Source of the DNA: a virus
DNA length: 64,000 bases
Direction: 5' to 3' (one strand)
Virus record (IMG/VR): IMGVR_UViG_2919361683_000002
Location: 81,711 to 145,710 of that record
In this document: positions 50,873 to 63,416 of the stretch, in pieces
Layout of the letters: every line of letters begins with the position of its first letter
Position numbering within the stretch: position 1 is the first letter of the stretch
Made by a program: the position numbers and the translations under genes
Notes under the pieces: generated by a model
Seen by the model: the letters and a program-made list of their open reading frames with translations, nothing else
Told to the model about the DNA's origin: nothing
Database searches by the model: none

Positions 50873-53800
50873 ATGCATGAAGAGCAACCTGCAAATCTTA
50901 TTCCTACGGAGAATATAGATGAAGCAACTCATGTTTTTATTGCAGACAAGAAATTCAACATCAAGACCACGGTGGGTAAGTTTTATAAATTATACAGATG
51001 GGAGGCAAACGCAAGTTCATGTGGTGTAGCTGAAGCATATATTATTGATGATGAAGGAAAAGATTCAACGGGGTTCATGTATTATTGTAAAGCTAAGTTT
51101 TATATACAAAAATAAATAATAATACATATAAGAGGTTGATCATAGATTATTCATAGCCAACAACCTCTCAAACTCTCAAACTCGTAAACAAGCTTGTAAA
51201 GGTTGGATTTTATATAAAGAAAAGGAGACAAACAAATGAAATTTTACAACCCTGGATATTCTAATAATCATCAAGTGAAAGTTACCCTAATGTTTGAAGA
51301 TTATAAAGGAGCAATAATATATGAAGTTGGAGGAAACACAATGGGGAGTTCAATCCTTAAGACGGCTATCAGTTCTGTAGCAGACGGAGATTTTATTCCC
51401 ATTGAACATGAACTCAACAAGAAGCATATTAACAGCGTAGATGAAGCTGGATATATTCAGGAAGTAGTATTGTTTAATGGTAAGAAAAGAGTACTAATAG
51501 ATATTGGAGACGTTGAAGATTCTATCATTAGTGCTGAGATCATTTCGTATAAAATTGAAAAATAAATAAAATTTGAATTTTAAACAAAAGTTAAGGAGAT
51601 CGTCAATTGAAAACAATTAAATTCAAAGCAGTCAATTCTGGTGATGGAGAGTCTTTTTGCTTCGATATTGATAGGGAAACTTTTACGCTGATTACTGGAA
51701 GAGAACCAGAGGACTGGATGGATTATCAATCAGGAGAATACGTAGAACAAGACGATGAACTGGTGTTTGTTTCAAGTGATCCAAATAAATGCAGGGTTTA
51801 TCCAAATGATATTTTTGGTCGTTCTGGCGAGGAAGTTGAAATTGAAGTGAAGGTAATAACTCTGTAATTCAAGTAAAAGAAGAGTTTTACTAAGACATAA
51901 AAGGGGATATGAAAATGAAAATAAATATGGAAGATGTCATTAAGCTTATGAAGAAAACAGTAAATGATAACTGGCTAAATCCATCAATGACAACAGTTGA
52001 TAACTACGAAAGAGCAATTACGATTCTATCAGGTAATAACGATTATGAGGGCAAAGAAGAAGATTGGAAGGTGATTATGCACTATATTAATGATTTTGAT
52101 GATTTTAAAATCGACAATGTGTATCAGATCATCTACGAACATCAACCCTTCCACTTCATGAAGGTTATGAACTAATGTTTTACAAAGAAAGGCGGTGTCG
52201 TCTTGGTGAAATTTTGGAATAAGATTTGGCTTCGTAGTGATGATGAAATAGGCGAAATGCTTATGTTCCTTCTAAAATGGTCTGTTCTAGTTTGTCTAAT
52301 CATTCTTACTATTAGTGGAACAGTTAAGGCAATGCAACTTCTATTTTAAAATAAGTGAAAAGGTGAGAAATATGCTTTGGGACGCAATTAAAGAGTATAC
52401 AAAATTGATAAGAAATAAAATGAATATAAAATGGTTACATATTGCTCTGCTAGTCGTTCTCAATATGATTGTGACTTCACTATTAACGGATAGAATTTCA
52501 ATAATTATTTGGTTGCTAATTTGGCTTGTCACAGTGCCACCATTTGCAGGTTGGTATCTTGCATGCCACAAACCAAAAAAGAAAGATGATAAACAAGCCA
52601 TTTAGAAAAGAGGATTATACATATGAACATTAAACAGGCGAAACAAACAACTGAGGAATTAACAAAATTACTTTGGAAATTAAAAATTATTAGTTGGGAT
52701 GAAGTTTTTGGGCATCTGCCCGATAGCAAAGAAATTGAAGAAGAAGTTGATGAAACTCTGAGAAGATTATCTAACGGTATTGAAGACTTAAAACAATTTT
52801 TTGAATAAAAATATACTTTTACATAGTTAAAGGAGAATAATCTATATGCCTAAAGTAGCATTAGTGAAACATAATGGAAGTTCAGTTCTTTACGAATTCT
52901 ACACTGATCTAGATTTAAAAAAAGGTGACTTGGTAGTTTGTGAAACCCACAGAGGATATGAAACAGCCAAAGTGGTAAGTTGTAAGGAACACGAAAAGTG
53001 TAAGGCAACGAATTGGATTGTTTCCAAGGTGGACACCAAGAGCCATACAGAACGAATACAGAAAGAAAAACGGATTAGTTATTTAAAACAGCAAATTGAC
53101 TTGAGAAGAAATGAATTTACTGATGAATATATTAATGAGTTGATTTCTTTGAAAGATAAAGCGATGTATTCTCTGCTTAAAGAGTTTGATGAACTAACAA
53201 ACAAAAATAATACCAAGAACGAAATTGAACTAAAAGATTCATTTTATTTTAAAAATGTAGCTGGCGGGGAATTTCTTGCAGTCAAACATAACGAAGAATA
53301 TGTTGTTAAATCAGCCTTTTCACCATCTGTTTTTAATTATTTTACTGTTAATCAAGTACGATACTGGATTCGAAATGGTAACTGGAAGGTGATTGACTAA
53401 TGGAAGGAATTAATGATTTTTGGATTAGCACGAAGAAGATATACACTGAAATTCGAAAAAATAAAATCTTGTACTTCTTTACGAGAAGAAAAAAATACAA
53501 GGATAAGATAAATTGTTTATACGAGATTATCTCGAAAAGAAAAGGGCAATTTTTCAAAATAAGATGTAAATATAAATACTAAGATAAAAAGGGGAAAATA
53601 TACATGCAATTTTTTAAGATTAAAAAAGGTACAAAGTATCATGAAGCAGTAAAACAACATCTGACCCTACTTCCAAAATGGAAGCCGATTTATGGGAAAG
53701 TAAGTGAATTGCTCAACGAGAAAATTACACGAATGGTTCAAACCCCAAACTACCTTCAAATTGAATACTCAGAACTAAAAAAAGATGAGAACAAGAAAGT

Positions 53801-54963
53801 TTTCAAAAAAGATGGCACTTTAAAAGCAAACATGAAGAAAGCAAAAAAAATTCAAGCAGCATACAAAGAGATTATTGAAGAAGCTGGTCTAGATGAATAT
53901 GAAAGTTTGGGACACATTAATTTTTGTTACGGTGTAATGCGTTATCATCATGGTGAGACCCTTAAAACCTTTAAGACCAGTGATCAAGAGTTGTACTATG
54001 AAGCAAATTTCGATCTAGAAGAAAGAGTTAAAAATTCATACGGAGAAAGTCTTGTAATTCCAATTACAGAAATTGAGCATCAAGAAAAATATCTTGAAGA
54101 GATCAAGAAACAGACTGCGTAAAACTACAAAACTACTATTTTATAAGGAGTGATGATAGCGATGACACAAGATTTAGAACCAACAGCCACACTAAAAGAA
54201 AAAGCAGATATAGTGTTTATTAAAGTAGATTCAGGAATCTATCAGATACATAAAGACAGAAATGGTAGATTTGCAGGAAGAGTTTATGTAGGCACGCAGG
54301 AAGTTTTGGTTGCACTGAATTTTGATGATGTAGTTATTATAAGAAAACATAAAAACGGATTATCCTTGCATGATAATTTCAGTGATTTTTGAAAAAGGAG
54401 AGGAGATAGAGAACAATGGATGAACTCGAATTAAAATTAGGGATTTACACAGACGTTTTGTATTCAAAAGTGGAACTGTTTCGGAAGCAAGGCAAGGAAG
54501 AAGTGGCACATGAAATCATGAATATAATCAACGAACTGCTTGAAATTCAAGGAATGATCTAAGAGAGGGGACAGGGGAATGAAAAAGGACATAGAAAAAA
54601 TCATCGAAGACCTGAAGCAAGAACGAGAAGAGTACGGAGAACGAATCGTATCCTTATCCCATGCCTATGACAGTGCCTTAGAAAAGCTTTGTGATTTGGT
54701 AGGTCAAGAGTTTGTTGCTTACGAGGATAGCTACTAATACAGCCCCAAAAGGGCAAGGAGAGGAATAAAGGATGATTAGAATATCGGGAACAGCAACTGT
54801 GCGTGTGGATTATGAAGTGGAAATCGAATTGACGGAAGATGAATTTTATGAACTAACCGAGAAGAAACAAACCGAACTAATTGAATCTGCAATTGACTGG
54901 CGGGATGCTTTACGGAATGGACAAACAGACGAAATTGAAGTCGATGACATTGAGGAGGCCTAA
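50873..54963 (+). other. Array of hypothetical genes (50873, 51236, 51607, 51909, 52623, 52846, 53604, 54150, 54416, 54579, 54772)
   Basis: Co-oriented ORFs with RBSs, several bounded by the palindrome. Confidence 0.65.
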
Positions 54964-55200
54964 ACCATGGATAAGAAGATAAACAAAAGGCAGAATACTG
55001 AATCGTATGTCTTTAAACTAACCTGAACTGAGGAGTGATTAGATATGGCAAGTATCAAAATCATAAACAAACAGACAGGAAGGGAGAACAGGCATCTCAC
55101 CCACAACTTTATGAAAGCAATTGACAATAACCTTAAAATTACACTACCTGAAAAATTCAAAATAAGTATTCAATAAATTGGAGAAAGGAATGATTCAACC

Positions 55201-56847
55201 ATAGCTTGGAAGCAAAAGCAACCTAAAATCCCATTTGAACCTTATGACAATACATATAGTAAACTCGCCAAGATTAATGGAATTGAAGATATAGATCAAT
55301 TTCTAAATCCACTCTCTAATGTTGTTCACAGTCCGTATTTGTTAAAGAACATTGATGCACTGGTGTCGAGGATTATTAAGGCAATCAAAAACAATGAAAA
55401 GATTATTATTTATGCTGATGTGGATTATGATGGAATTACTTCGGCAGTTATTCTATACAAATGGCTAATTAACTTCACTGACAATGTTTTCATTAAACAT
55501 GTAGAGAGATCAGTCGGTCACGGTTCGGAGTATATAGTTGATAAAGTTGAAGATGATACAGATTTATACATAGCAGTAGACAGTAGTAGTAATGATGTAG
55601 AACCGTTGAAGATGTTGGTAGATAAGGGTATTGATTGTCTAGTTATCGACCATCATAGAGTCGATGTATACAATCCATATTGCATCTTGGTTAATCCACA
55701 ACAACCAGAATGTAAGTATCCAAATAAGAATGCTTCAGGTGGACTGCTAGTGTTCAAGGTGTGTCAAGTGTTAGATGACTATATGGACACATCATTTACC
55801 TTAGAACTAAGTGATTTACCGGGATTTGCTTTAATGGCAGATATGATGTCCATGATGGAAATGGAAAATAGGTATTATGCTAAGTTGTCACTTAAAGGGT
55901 TGCGTCATGAAGGATTGAAACTTCTGTTCGAGTCTATGAATTCTGACTTGAAGACTCTAACTTCAACAGATTTTCTTTATGGTGCAAGTCCTGCCGTTAC
56001 TGCTGCAACAAGAGCTGATAATATGAAATTAGCTATAGACTTTTTAATGAGCGATACTATTTCTTCAGACACAAAAAAATATGTAAAAGAATTAATTAAG
56101 TTGAACGAAAACAGGAAGATAGTTCAATCTGAAGCACTAGAAGCCATGAAAACTGGGTTATGTGAAAGCGATAAAGTAATAATTGTTTTTGATCCCACTC
56201 TAGGCAGAGGGATAAACGGATTAGTGGCACAAGAAATTTCAAAAAAATATAGTAGGCCTGCAATCGTGCTTGGATTTGGAGATGACAAAGATACATATTC
56301 AGGTAGCTTTAGAGGCTTGGATGACTTTTCAATGTTAGAGTTGCTGAGTAGATGTGAGAATACTACATATGCGGCAGGACATGACGGTGCCGGTGGTGTA
56401 GGAGTGTTGGTGACCCATCTTGAATTACTGCGTCAGGAACTAAATTCTAAATTAAGAGATTTCGTACCAGACAACACAATGTACTATGATTTAGAGTTTA
56501 GTGCGAACGATGTAGATGAAAGATTCATCAACCATCTAACAGAGTTCTATCGCTACTCAGGAAACAACTTTAAGCCGGGATCATTCCTAATTAAAGATTT
56601 ATTCATTTCAGACAAGAAACTAATGGGTAAAGCGAAAAATACAGTTAAGATTGATTGTGGAAAGCTACAATTAATGAAGTTCAAAACAGGCGAAGAATAT
56701 TATGAGCAAGTACCCGTGTTCACTGAGATCGAAGCATTGGGTTCATTAAATGTGAATGTTTGGACTCAGTATAGGCCAAAGAAGAAGATAATTAAGACTT
56801 GTCAGTTATTCATTGAAGATTATAAAGAAGTAAATCAAACAAAATAA
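55201..56847 (+). CDS. recJ: RecJ-like DHH ssDNA exonuclease (YorK-like); frame is open well upstream of the called TTG, probable ATA start
   Basis: YADVDYDGITS, IAVDSS, IDHH, NP, ADMM, GSFRG, AGHDGAGG. Confidence 0.88.
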   Translation: MAWKQKQPKIPFEPYDNTYSKLAKINGIEDIDQFLNPLSNVVHSPYLLKNIDALVSRIIKAIKNNEKIIIYADVDYDGITSAVILYKWLINFTDNVFIKHVERSVGHGSEYIVDKVEDDTDLYIAVDSSSNDVEPLKMLVDKGIDCLVIDHHRVDVYNPYCILVNPQQPECKYPNKNASGGLLVFKVCQVLDDYMDTSFTLELSDLPGFALMADMMSMMEMENRYYAKLSLKGLRHEGLKLLFESMNSDLKTLTSTDFLYGASPAVTAATRADNMKLAIDFLMSDTISSDTKKYVKELIKLNENRKIVQSEALEAMKTGLCESDKVIIVFDPTLGRGINGLVAQEISKKYSRPAIVLGFGDDKDTYSGSFRGLDDFSMLELLSRCENTTYAAGHDGAGGVGVLVTHLELLRQELNSKLRDFVPDNTMYYDLEFSANDVDERFINHLTEFYRYSGNNFKPGSFLIKDLFISDKKLMGKAKNTVKIDCGKLQLMKFKTGEEYYEQVPVFTEIEALGSLNVNVWTQYRPKKKIIKTCQLFIEDYKEVNQTK

Positions 56848-57103
56848 AAATACATATAAGAACGGAGAAAAATACATATGAAATTTTACGGAATCGCAGT
56901 AAACACACAAAACAAAAACGTGGTAATCAACAACCTGCCAACTGACTATCTTGGAGCAGTAAATGAAGCAAAACGCATTGCAATTACTCAAGGATTGAAG
57001 TTTCAATTTGTTAAACCAGCAGTAAATGGACAAAAAGAAGGGTCTGTACTCACGAAATTTGCAAAAATTCGCAAAAATCGCAAGTCTGTAAAACGGTGAT
57101 TTT

Positions 57104-57343
57104 ATGAGAATCAAGATCTCCGATCATGCGAGAACAAGATGTGAGCAAAGTAATGTTGGAGTGGGTCGCCTCATTAAAGAGGTGGCTTCCATTCCTAATA
57201 TTGTGGGAAAGATTAGCTGGAAGACTAAATTTGGAGTAATAGTTGTGGAAAGAGTTAATGAAGGATTACTACTGATCAAAACGTTCATTGCTCGATTTAA
57301 GTATAGAGGTAAACAGTATCACAAGGGTTGTCGAACAATTTAA
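57104..57343 (+). CDS. Small RelE/DUF4258-like-fold hypothetical protein
   Basis: IKISDHARTRC...IVVE....LIKTFI. Confidence 0.4.
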   Translation: MRIKISDHARTRCEQSNVGVGRLIKEVASIPNIVGKISWKTKFGVIVVERVNEGLLLIKTFIARFKYRGKQYHKGCRTI

Positions 57344-57586
57344 CAAAAGATATAACAAAGGGGATAAAAATGAGGAATCAAGAAAAGAGAGTCTATTCAC
57401 TAGATTTTAAAAAGAAGCATAAACAAGTGAAAATGTATGAATGGATGAAGCATATTATTGATAAGGAAGGACTAAATCTTGAGGTTTACACAAGGGAAGG
57501 AGAAAATGTGATAACCAACAAAACTGTCTATTCTTTACTTGTAGAATCTAAAAATGATGAGAGTCCAATCAATGAGGTGAAAAATA

Positions 57587-57955
57587 ATTCAAGCCATACA
57601 TAAGCTTTATAAAGTCAGAAACAAAGAAACTGGGCTGTTTTCAAGAGGTGGAACTAGTACAACCAACTTATGGAGTAAAGAAGGTAAATCGTGGTCGAAT
57701 ATTGGTCATCTTAAAAACCACTTAAATCAATTCACAAATCATTGGAGTAACACAGACCCTTATACCAATGCCGAAATTGTAGAAGTTGAAATTAACTATG
57801 ACACGTGTATGAAGATGGATGTAAGTGAGTTATTTGATGAAATCAAAGCCAATAAAGCAAAGATTGAAGAGAAGTATAGGTTGCAGGCTATAAAATGGAA
57901 AGAAGAGCAGGAAAGGAAGCAGTTAGAAGAACTAAAAATCAAGTATGAATCTTAA
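57587..57955 (+). CDS. 122-aa hypothetical protein missed by the ORF track (ATT/ATA start)
   Basis: RBS GAGGTGA; open frame IQAIHKLYKVRNKETGLFSRGG...KIKYES; ends just before a palindrome variant. Confidence 0.7.
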   Translation: MQAIHKLYKVRNKETGLFSRGGTSTTNLWSKEGKSWSNIGHLKNHLNQFTNHWSNTDPYTNAEIVEVEINYDTCMKMDVSELFDEIKANKAKIEEKYRLQAIKWKEEQERKQLEELKIKYES

Positions 57956-58617
57956 TAAAATACAAGTTTGATGAGAAGTGAGTGTGTAGCTAATTGACTA
58001 AAAATAGACATCTTTTAATTACTATAGAAGAAGTCGTAGAAAAAAAGAATCCATCTCAACCATACATGACAGGGAATCATGTTGCTCAAACAACATCAAT
58101 TTACACGGAAATAAATCATAACAATGAAATTGTAAATATGGTTGTTGATAATACTCTTGTTCATGAGGAAGAAAAAGAAGAATCTGTTGGGGTCGGTAGT
58201 GAAGATAAGGAACTTTTTAAGCGAATCTTGAATAAATATCTCAAGATAAAATAATGCTTTCACTTATATAGGTGAGATAGGAGGTGTGGGCTTGAAATAT
58301 ATCTATCTACCTAGGAGATCAGGAAAACCAGATACAATCATGGATTTAATCACAGAAATGATAAAAAAGGATGAACGTTTCATCGTGTTAAATGATATGA
58401 ATTATCTTGATATCACCAAACGTTTGGAGAAGTTACGCAAGGATCGGATAAAGATTGACCGGGAGATATACGATTTAGAAAATTTGAAAAGCAGAAAACT
58501 ATCTGAAGAATCGAATTTCTGGAATCAAATTCAAAGAGTTCGGAAAGATTGTGAAGCAAGACAAACTACAACAATTAGATTTTAAAAGAATGATTAAAAA
58601 GGAGAACTTGAATACAT

Positions 58618-59553
58618 ATGATTTTTTGGACAGTTGTGTTTTTTGCAATTAATTTTTATGGAATGATTAAAGGTAGTATTTTCTACAGTGCATATAGAAA
58701 TTTAGAATTGATTAGCATTAGAGAGGCACAGGGCGAAGATAAACAGAAAATTAATCTCGAATTTGCAAAAAAGGGATGCTTCCCTATTTTTATTCTATTC
58801 ATGTTGGCAGTTATTGAAATTATTTATTTGATTAACGCAATTGGATACGACATTTACAAGTATCCAAGCATTCTAATCATTCTTTATTTGATCATTTCTT
58901 TTATTACAGGCAAAAAGAAGAAGTCCTATAAGAGCATGAGTGACAATGAGCTGCTTAAGGCAAAAGAAAATCTACAAAAAGAAAATAAACAGACTCTGAA
59001 ATCGTTTCTTAAAAATTTTGTATGGGTCGTTTATTTCGGATACATGTTCTACTGCCTTGTGTTTTAGGTAAAAGATATATTTTATAAAGACAAGGAGAAT
59101 GTAAGCATGAAGAAATACGCTGACTGGTATTATGTGCGAGAGGCAGAGAACGAAGGGTTAGTTGCTTCTATGGATAACATAATTGAGAGAAATCGGACAG
59201 ACCTAAACAAAAAGCTTAGTGCCTACTTTATAAACAAATTGCCCAATTATGATTCGGTTTTTAATGAGAATGAAAGTGAAGATGTTTTGTATGCTATCAA
59301 TGAATATATCCAAGAAAATAATATTGATAAACGTGAAATTGATTTTCCTATTATGGAAGGCAGCGACGTTCATTTATTGAAGATCACAGACAACCTCCAA
59401 TTAAAAATCATTGTTGCTGATGAATATTATGGTAGTGGAGATTACAGCAAATACATAGCTATTGATCGCTTTATTATCAATGAAAATACTACAGAGCAAG
59501 ATGTAGATTCATTAATTGAGTTTATTAAAAAATACCTCAATAGCGTTCGGTAA
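58618..59553 (+). other. Membrane protein (58618-59067) and acidic hypothetical protein (59107-59553)
   Basis: ORFs with RBSs, separated by the palindrome at 59069. Confidence 0.6.
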
Positions 59554-59592
59554 AAGGCGTATTTCATCAAAATTTTATAGGGGGCATATTGA

Positions 59593-61129
59593 TTGAAATC
59601 TAACATAATAATTCCTGAAACAATTAAGGTTGGCTTTCAAGATAGAGACGACACATACACCAAGAAACTAGCTTATGTAATCTATTATGATCATAAAGGT
59701 GTTTTAAGAAAAGAAGCTTCATGGAATAGCTGGAGAGATAAAGATATTCCTGATTTATCATTATCAAATGTCCCAACATCAGGCTTTGTGCTAAATAAGA
59801 AAGCTGGCGGATATTCAAGTGGCTGGAATCACCGCCAAACCTACATAAGAGTGTATGACCCAAGAGATTTTGAATTTGAAATTAGTGTGTTCAACTTACT
59901 ATACATATTAGAAAATACCAACTCTATTAAAGGTAAAGGTTTGGAAGGTGAATTTGTTTATGGTTGGGATGGTAAAGAATTAGTATTACTACCTATTGGT
60001 TCTCCTGACTATCACGAAATTAACTCTTTCAATAAGATTTTGCAAGATAAAAATTTTGTTAAAACAAAAGACTTGATCATCGGTGCTACATATAAAACAA
60101 AAGACAATCAAGAGTGGATTTATATGGGGAGATTCGATTTAAAAGATACAAAATCGGAGAGAGTTGAAGACGGTAGATCGAACGATTATTGGAATAGACC
60201 ACAATACAAATATACCTATCACAAAATTTCAAAAGGAAAGTATCATTTCTTTGTCAGAGAAGCAGAGTATAGTTGGGGCGAAAAATATAAGTCTTTACTA
60301 ACTCTAAAATCTCTTGGAGAAAAATTTATTGATGTTGTATCTAGCGAATGTGTAAGCAATTATTCTGATTTATTTGACTGGCTGGAACGACAAACAGAAT
60401 ATTCCCACAGAGATGAATCAAAGGATGAGTGGGTTAATTTCTCTTTTCAGGAATTTGAAAGACATGTGAATAGCAAAAAATTTAGAGATGATCGTTGGGG
60501 TAGCGAATTCAAATTATACTCTAGTCCTGATGAGCGGGAAACAATCTACTATGATATAAATTCTAAACAGTTCTACAACGCTGGAAAATGGATTAAAGAA
60601 AAGATGGATTACGAGAAGATATATATTGGCGATATCACAAAGGTTTTTAATCAATATTCACCAGTTTATAAAAATGAATATTTAGAGAATGGAAAAATAT
60701 ATCGGAGGATTAATTAGAATGGCAAATAACAATGATCAAAAAATTCTTGAACTAAAAAAGCAGATTGAAACCAAAAAGAAACAAATTAGCAAGTCAAAAA
60801 AGTTTTCTCCAGTAACAAATTGCTCAATTGAGTTGGATGGGATCAGACATAACATTCAAGTGTTAACGAAAGAACAGGTCATCTCTTTAATGGTTAAACT
60901 TAATTCATATGCTATGTCGGCAGATAATTTGGGACTATTACATAATTACACTATTAGCGGTTTTAATGTAGCGGAATGGATCGATGATCTAAAGTCTAAG
61001 CTTGAGTTCATGTCCAGAAAAGAAGAAGAGCTAAAACTTAAAACAATGGAATCAAAACTTGATAAGTTGCTCTCAAATGATAAAAAAGTTGAACTCGAAA
61101 TTAGTGAAATTGAATCATTGCTTAATTAG
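59593..61129 (+). other. Coupled pair of phage hypothetical genes (59593-60717; 60719-61129)
   Basis: Adjacent stop/start; long open frames; palindrome variants at both outer ends (59551, 61129). Confidence 0.7.
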
Positions 61130-61171
61130 CAAAGTTGTATTTGATTAAAAATTGTAAAGGAGAATGTTGAA

Positions 61172-61429
61172 GTGGCACTTTACCGTAAAAAACCTGTAGA
61201 AGTTGAAGCATTTAGATACTGGATTGAAGATAGACCCGATTGGTTTTGTGATAAAGTTTCATCAAACGATATAATTACTCACTCTACTCATTGTGAAATC
61301 AACACACTTGAAGGCATTATGCGTGGAGAAGTTGGTGATTACATCATCCAAGGTGTTAACGGAGAAGTTTATCCGTGTAAACCAGATGTATTTGAGAAGA
61401 CATATGATTACATAAAAGAAATTTATTAA
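61172..61429 (+). CDS. Conserved phage protein (PGDYG-like)
   Basis: YRKKPVEVEA...TLEG.M...GDYII.GVNGE.YPCKPD.F.KTY. Confidence 0.75.
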   Translation: MALYRKKPVEVEAFRYWIEDRPDWFCDKVSSNDIITHSTHCEINTLEGIMRGEVGDYIIQGVNGEVYPCKPDVFEKTYDYIKEIY

Positions 61430-61460
61430 GCAAGTAAAAGTCAAATTTTAATAAGAAAGA

Positions 61461-61898
61461 GTGGATTTAATGAAATTAAAGAATCTCACATTGGATCAGT
61501 TGGAAGAGATGCAAAAAGAAATCGATAAAGAAATTGAACAAGTTAAAAGAGCAATGGAAATGGAAAAGTGCGGGCATTTTAAAGAGGAAATTGCCATTTG
61601 GGGCTCTTCTTTTGGAGCGGACGAGTTGGATGAGATTGTTGATCCACTAGAAAAAAACTTTCTTCGATGGTTTTTAATAACAAAAGTAAATCACAATGTT
61701 GACTTAGAGAAATATTTTATGATTTATAAAGTTGCTGATTCAAGCATAAAAGAAGGCTACAGAGACATATCTGTGTATGGCTTCTTCGATGTTAATCCTA
61801 TGGTGACCTCAGCAGGAGTAAAATATCCCACAATTCAAATTGGTTTAAAAGGAAGAGAATATTTACTTCAAGAATACGTGAAATATAAGTTTGTGTAA
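61461..61898 (+). CDS. Hypothetical protein with a degenerate KilA-C/ANT-like C-terminus
   Basis: GFFDV...PTIQIGLKGREYL resembles the ANT tail. Confidence 0.35.
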   Translation: MDLMKLKNLTLDQLEEMQKEIDKEIEQVKRAMEMEKCGHFKEEIAIWGSSFGADELDEIVDPLEKNFLRWFLITKVNHNVDLEKYFMIYKVADSSIKEGYRDISVYGFFDVNPMVTSAGVKYPTIQIGLKGREYLLQEYVKYKFV

Positions 61899-61925
61899 AA
61901 TGCACATTTGAAGGGGGGATATGAG

Positions 61926-62123
61926 ATGGACTTTAACAAAAAGTTGATGTTTGAATATAAGAATTATAAAGGTGAAGTGAGTCTGAGACATGTGTATCCT
62001 CAAGGTATCCGCTATGGGTCTACAGAATGGCACCCAGAAGAACAGTGGTTACTTAAAGCTTGGGATTATGCTAAAGGAGAATATCGAGAGTTTGCAATGA
62101 AAGACATCTTAGAATTCATGTAA
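61926..62123 (+). CDS. Stand-alone WYL-domain protein
   Basis: FEYKNYKGEVSLRHVYP..I.Y...W.L.AWDY.KGEYREF.MKDI. Confidence 0.7.
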   Translation: MDFNKKLMFEYKNYKGEVSLRHVYPQGIRYGSTEWHPEEQWLLKAWDYAKGEYREFAMKDILEFM

Positions 62124-62155
62124 AATGTACCTTTTAAATAGAACATGAATAGGAG

Positions 62156-62534
62156 ATGTTTACTATAAAATACGGTCAACAAGTATGGGGTAGTGTAGCA
62201 ATCGATAAAAAAATATCAATCACTTCAAGTACCAATACGTTTGGATTTTGATGTTGATGGTAGATCTTACTCAATTACAATTCCTAATGGCACATATAGT
62301 ACAAACCGCGAAAGACATGAGTCAGAGTTAATTCAGGTGATTATCACAGCATCCTCAAATCAAAACATTCCTGTAGAATTTAAATTGGGAGGGATGCATT
62401 ACGATGAGAGGTATAATGTTCTAATTATAGAACACACAGATAAAGAAAAAGCGCATGTGTTAGATAATTTTACTGGTACCGCAAACGATATACTTTTTGG
62501 AAGTATTAAGTTTGACTTGAAGCCTAGAGACTAA
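62156..62534 (+). pseudogene. Hypothetical gene split by a +1 frameshift in a T run
   Basis: ..KYGQQVWGSVAIDKKISITSSTNTFGF* continues as DVDGRSYSITIPNGTY if one T of GGATTTTGAT is removed. Confidence 0.6.
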
Positions 62535-63416
62535 GTAATGTGGGGACATATAGTAAAGTAGAAATAAATAAAACCAATAAGTAAAAATAAATAAATTATT
62601 GACATTATTAATTAAATGAATATAATGAAATATATAAAAGAAAAGAGGTGATTAAGATGAATCAGATTGTTAGTACATTGAGCTTGTCTGCGAATACTTC
62701 TCTGCTTTATTCTGATTATACATGCCATCGAAGGTGGGATAATAAAAATGAGTAAAGTGACCAACAAGTTACTGGATAATGTCGCAAAGCTTCGAGAATC
62801 ATTAGATAGACTTAGCAAGAGTAATGAGAAATTAACCAATGCTCGTATCGGCCTAGAAAAGGCTCAAAGAGATAAGATCAATATGATTAATGAACGAATG
62901 AGACATATAAATATTAAGAAGTGGATTGAAAAAAATGGACGTAAGTGATGAATTGGCTGAAATACTCATTAATTGTTTTATATGTGATATAGACACAGAG
63001 CAAGAAAAGAAACTACATGAAGACGGATATGTAAAAAAGAAACTTAAACAGTACTTGGGGAAGAAGAATTTTGACAAGTATGATGAACTAAAAGAACAAA
63101 TTTGGAAAGACGCTTGGCGAGAATTCGATAAAGTGGCATCAAACAAAAATACATAAAAGAGGACAACTTAATATGAATGATGAATTAAAAAGGTTTATCG
63201 TTGAAGACATGCTGCCTCGTGAAGTCGAAGCTTTGACTATTGCTGCTGATTCATTATATCTAAAGAGAGATAAAGATAGAGAGTATTTAGATGACTGGTG
63301 GCTCGTGGTTAGAGCATTGCTAGGAGTGAGAGTAGAAGAATTTAGAAACTGTCGGATTGTAAATGAATTATATAATTTTTTAAACCATAGACAGGAAAGT
63401 GAGGAGGCAAGGAAAC

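Noticed and set aside
51131-51188. Three 8-bp direct repeats (CTCTCAAA x2, CTCGTAAA) with a short inverted repeat as a possible replication origin
   Set aside because: Too short and too few to call iterons; no supporting evidence.
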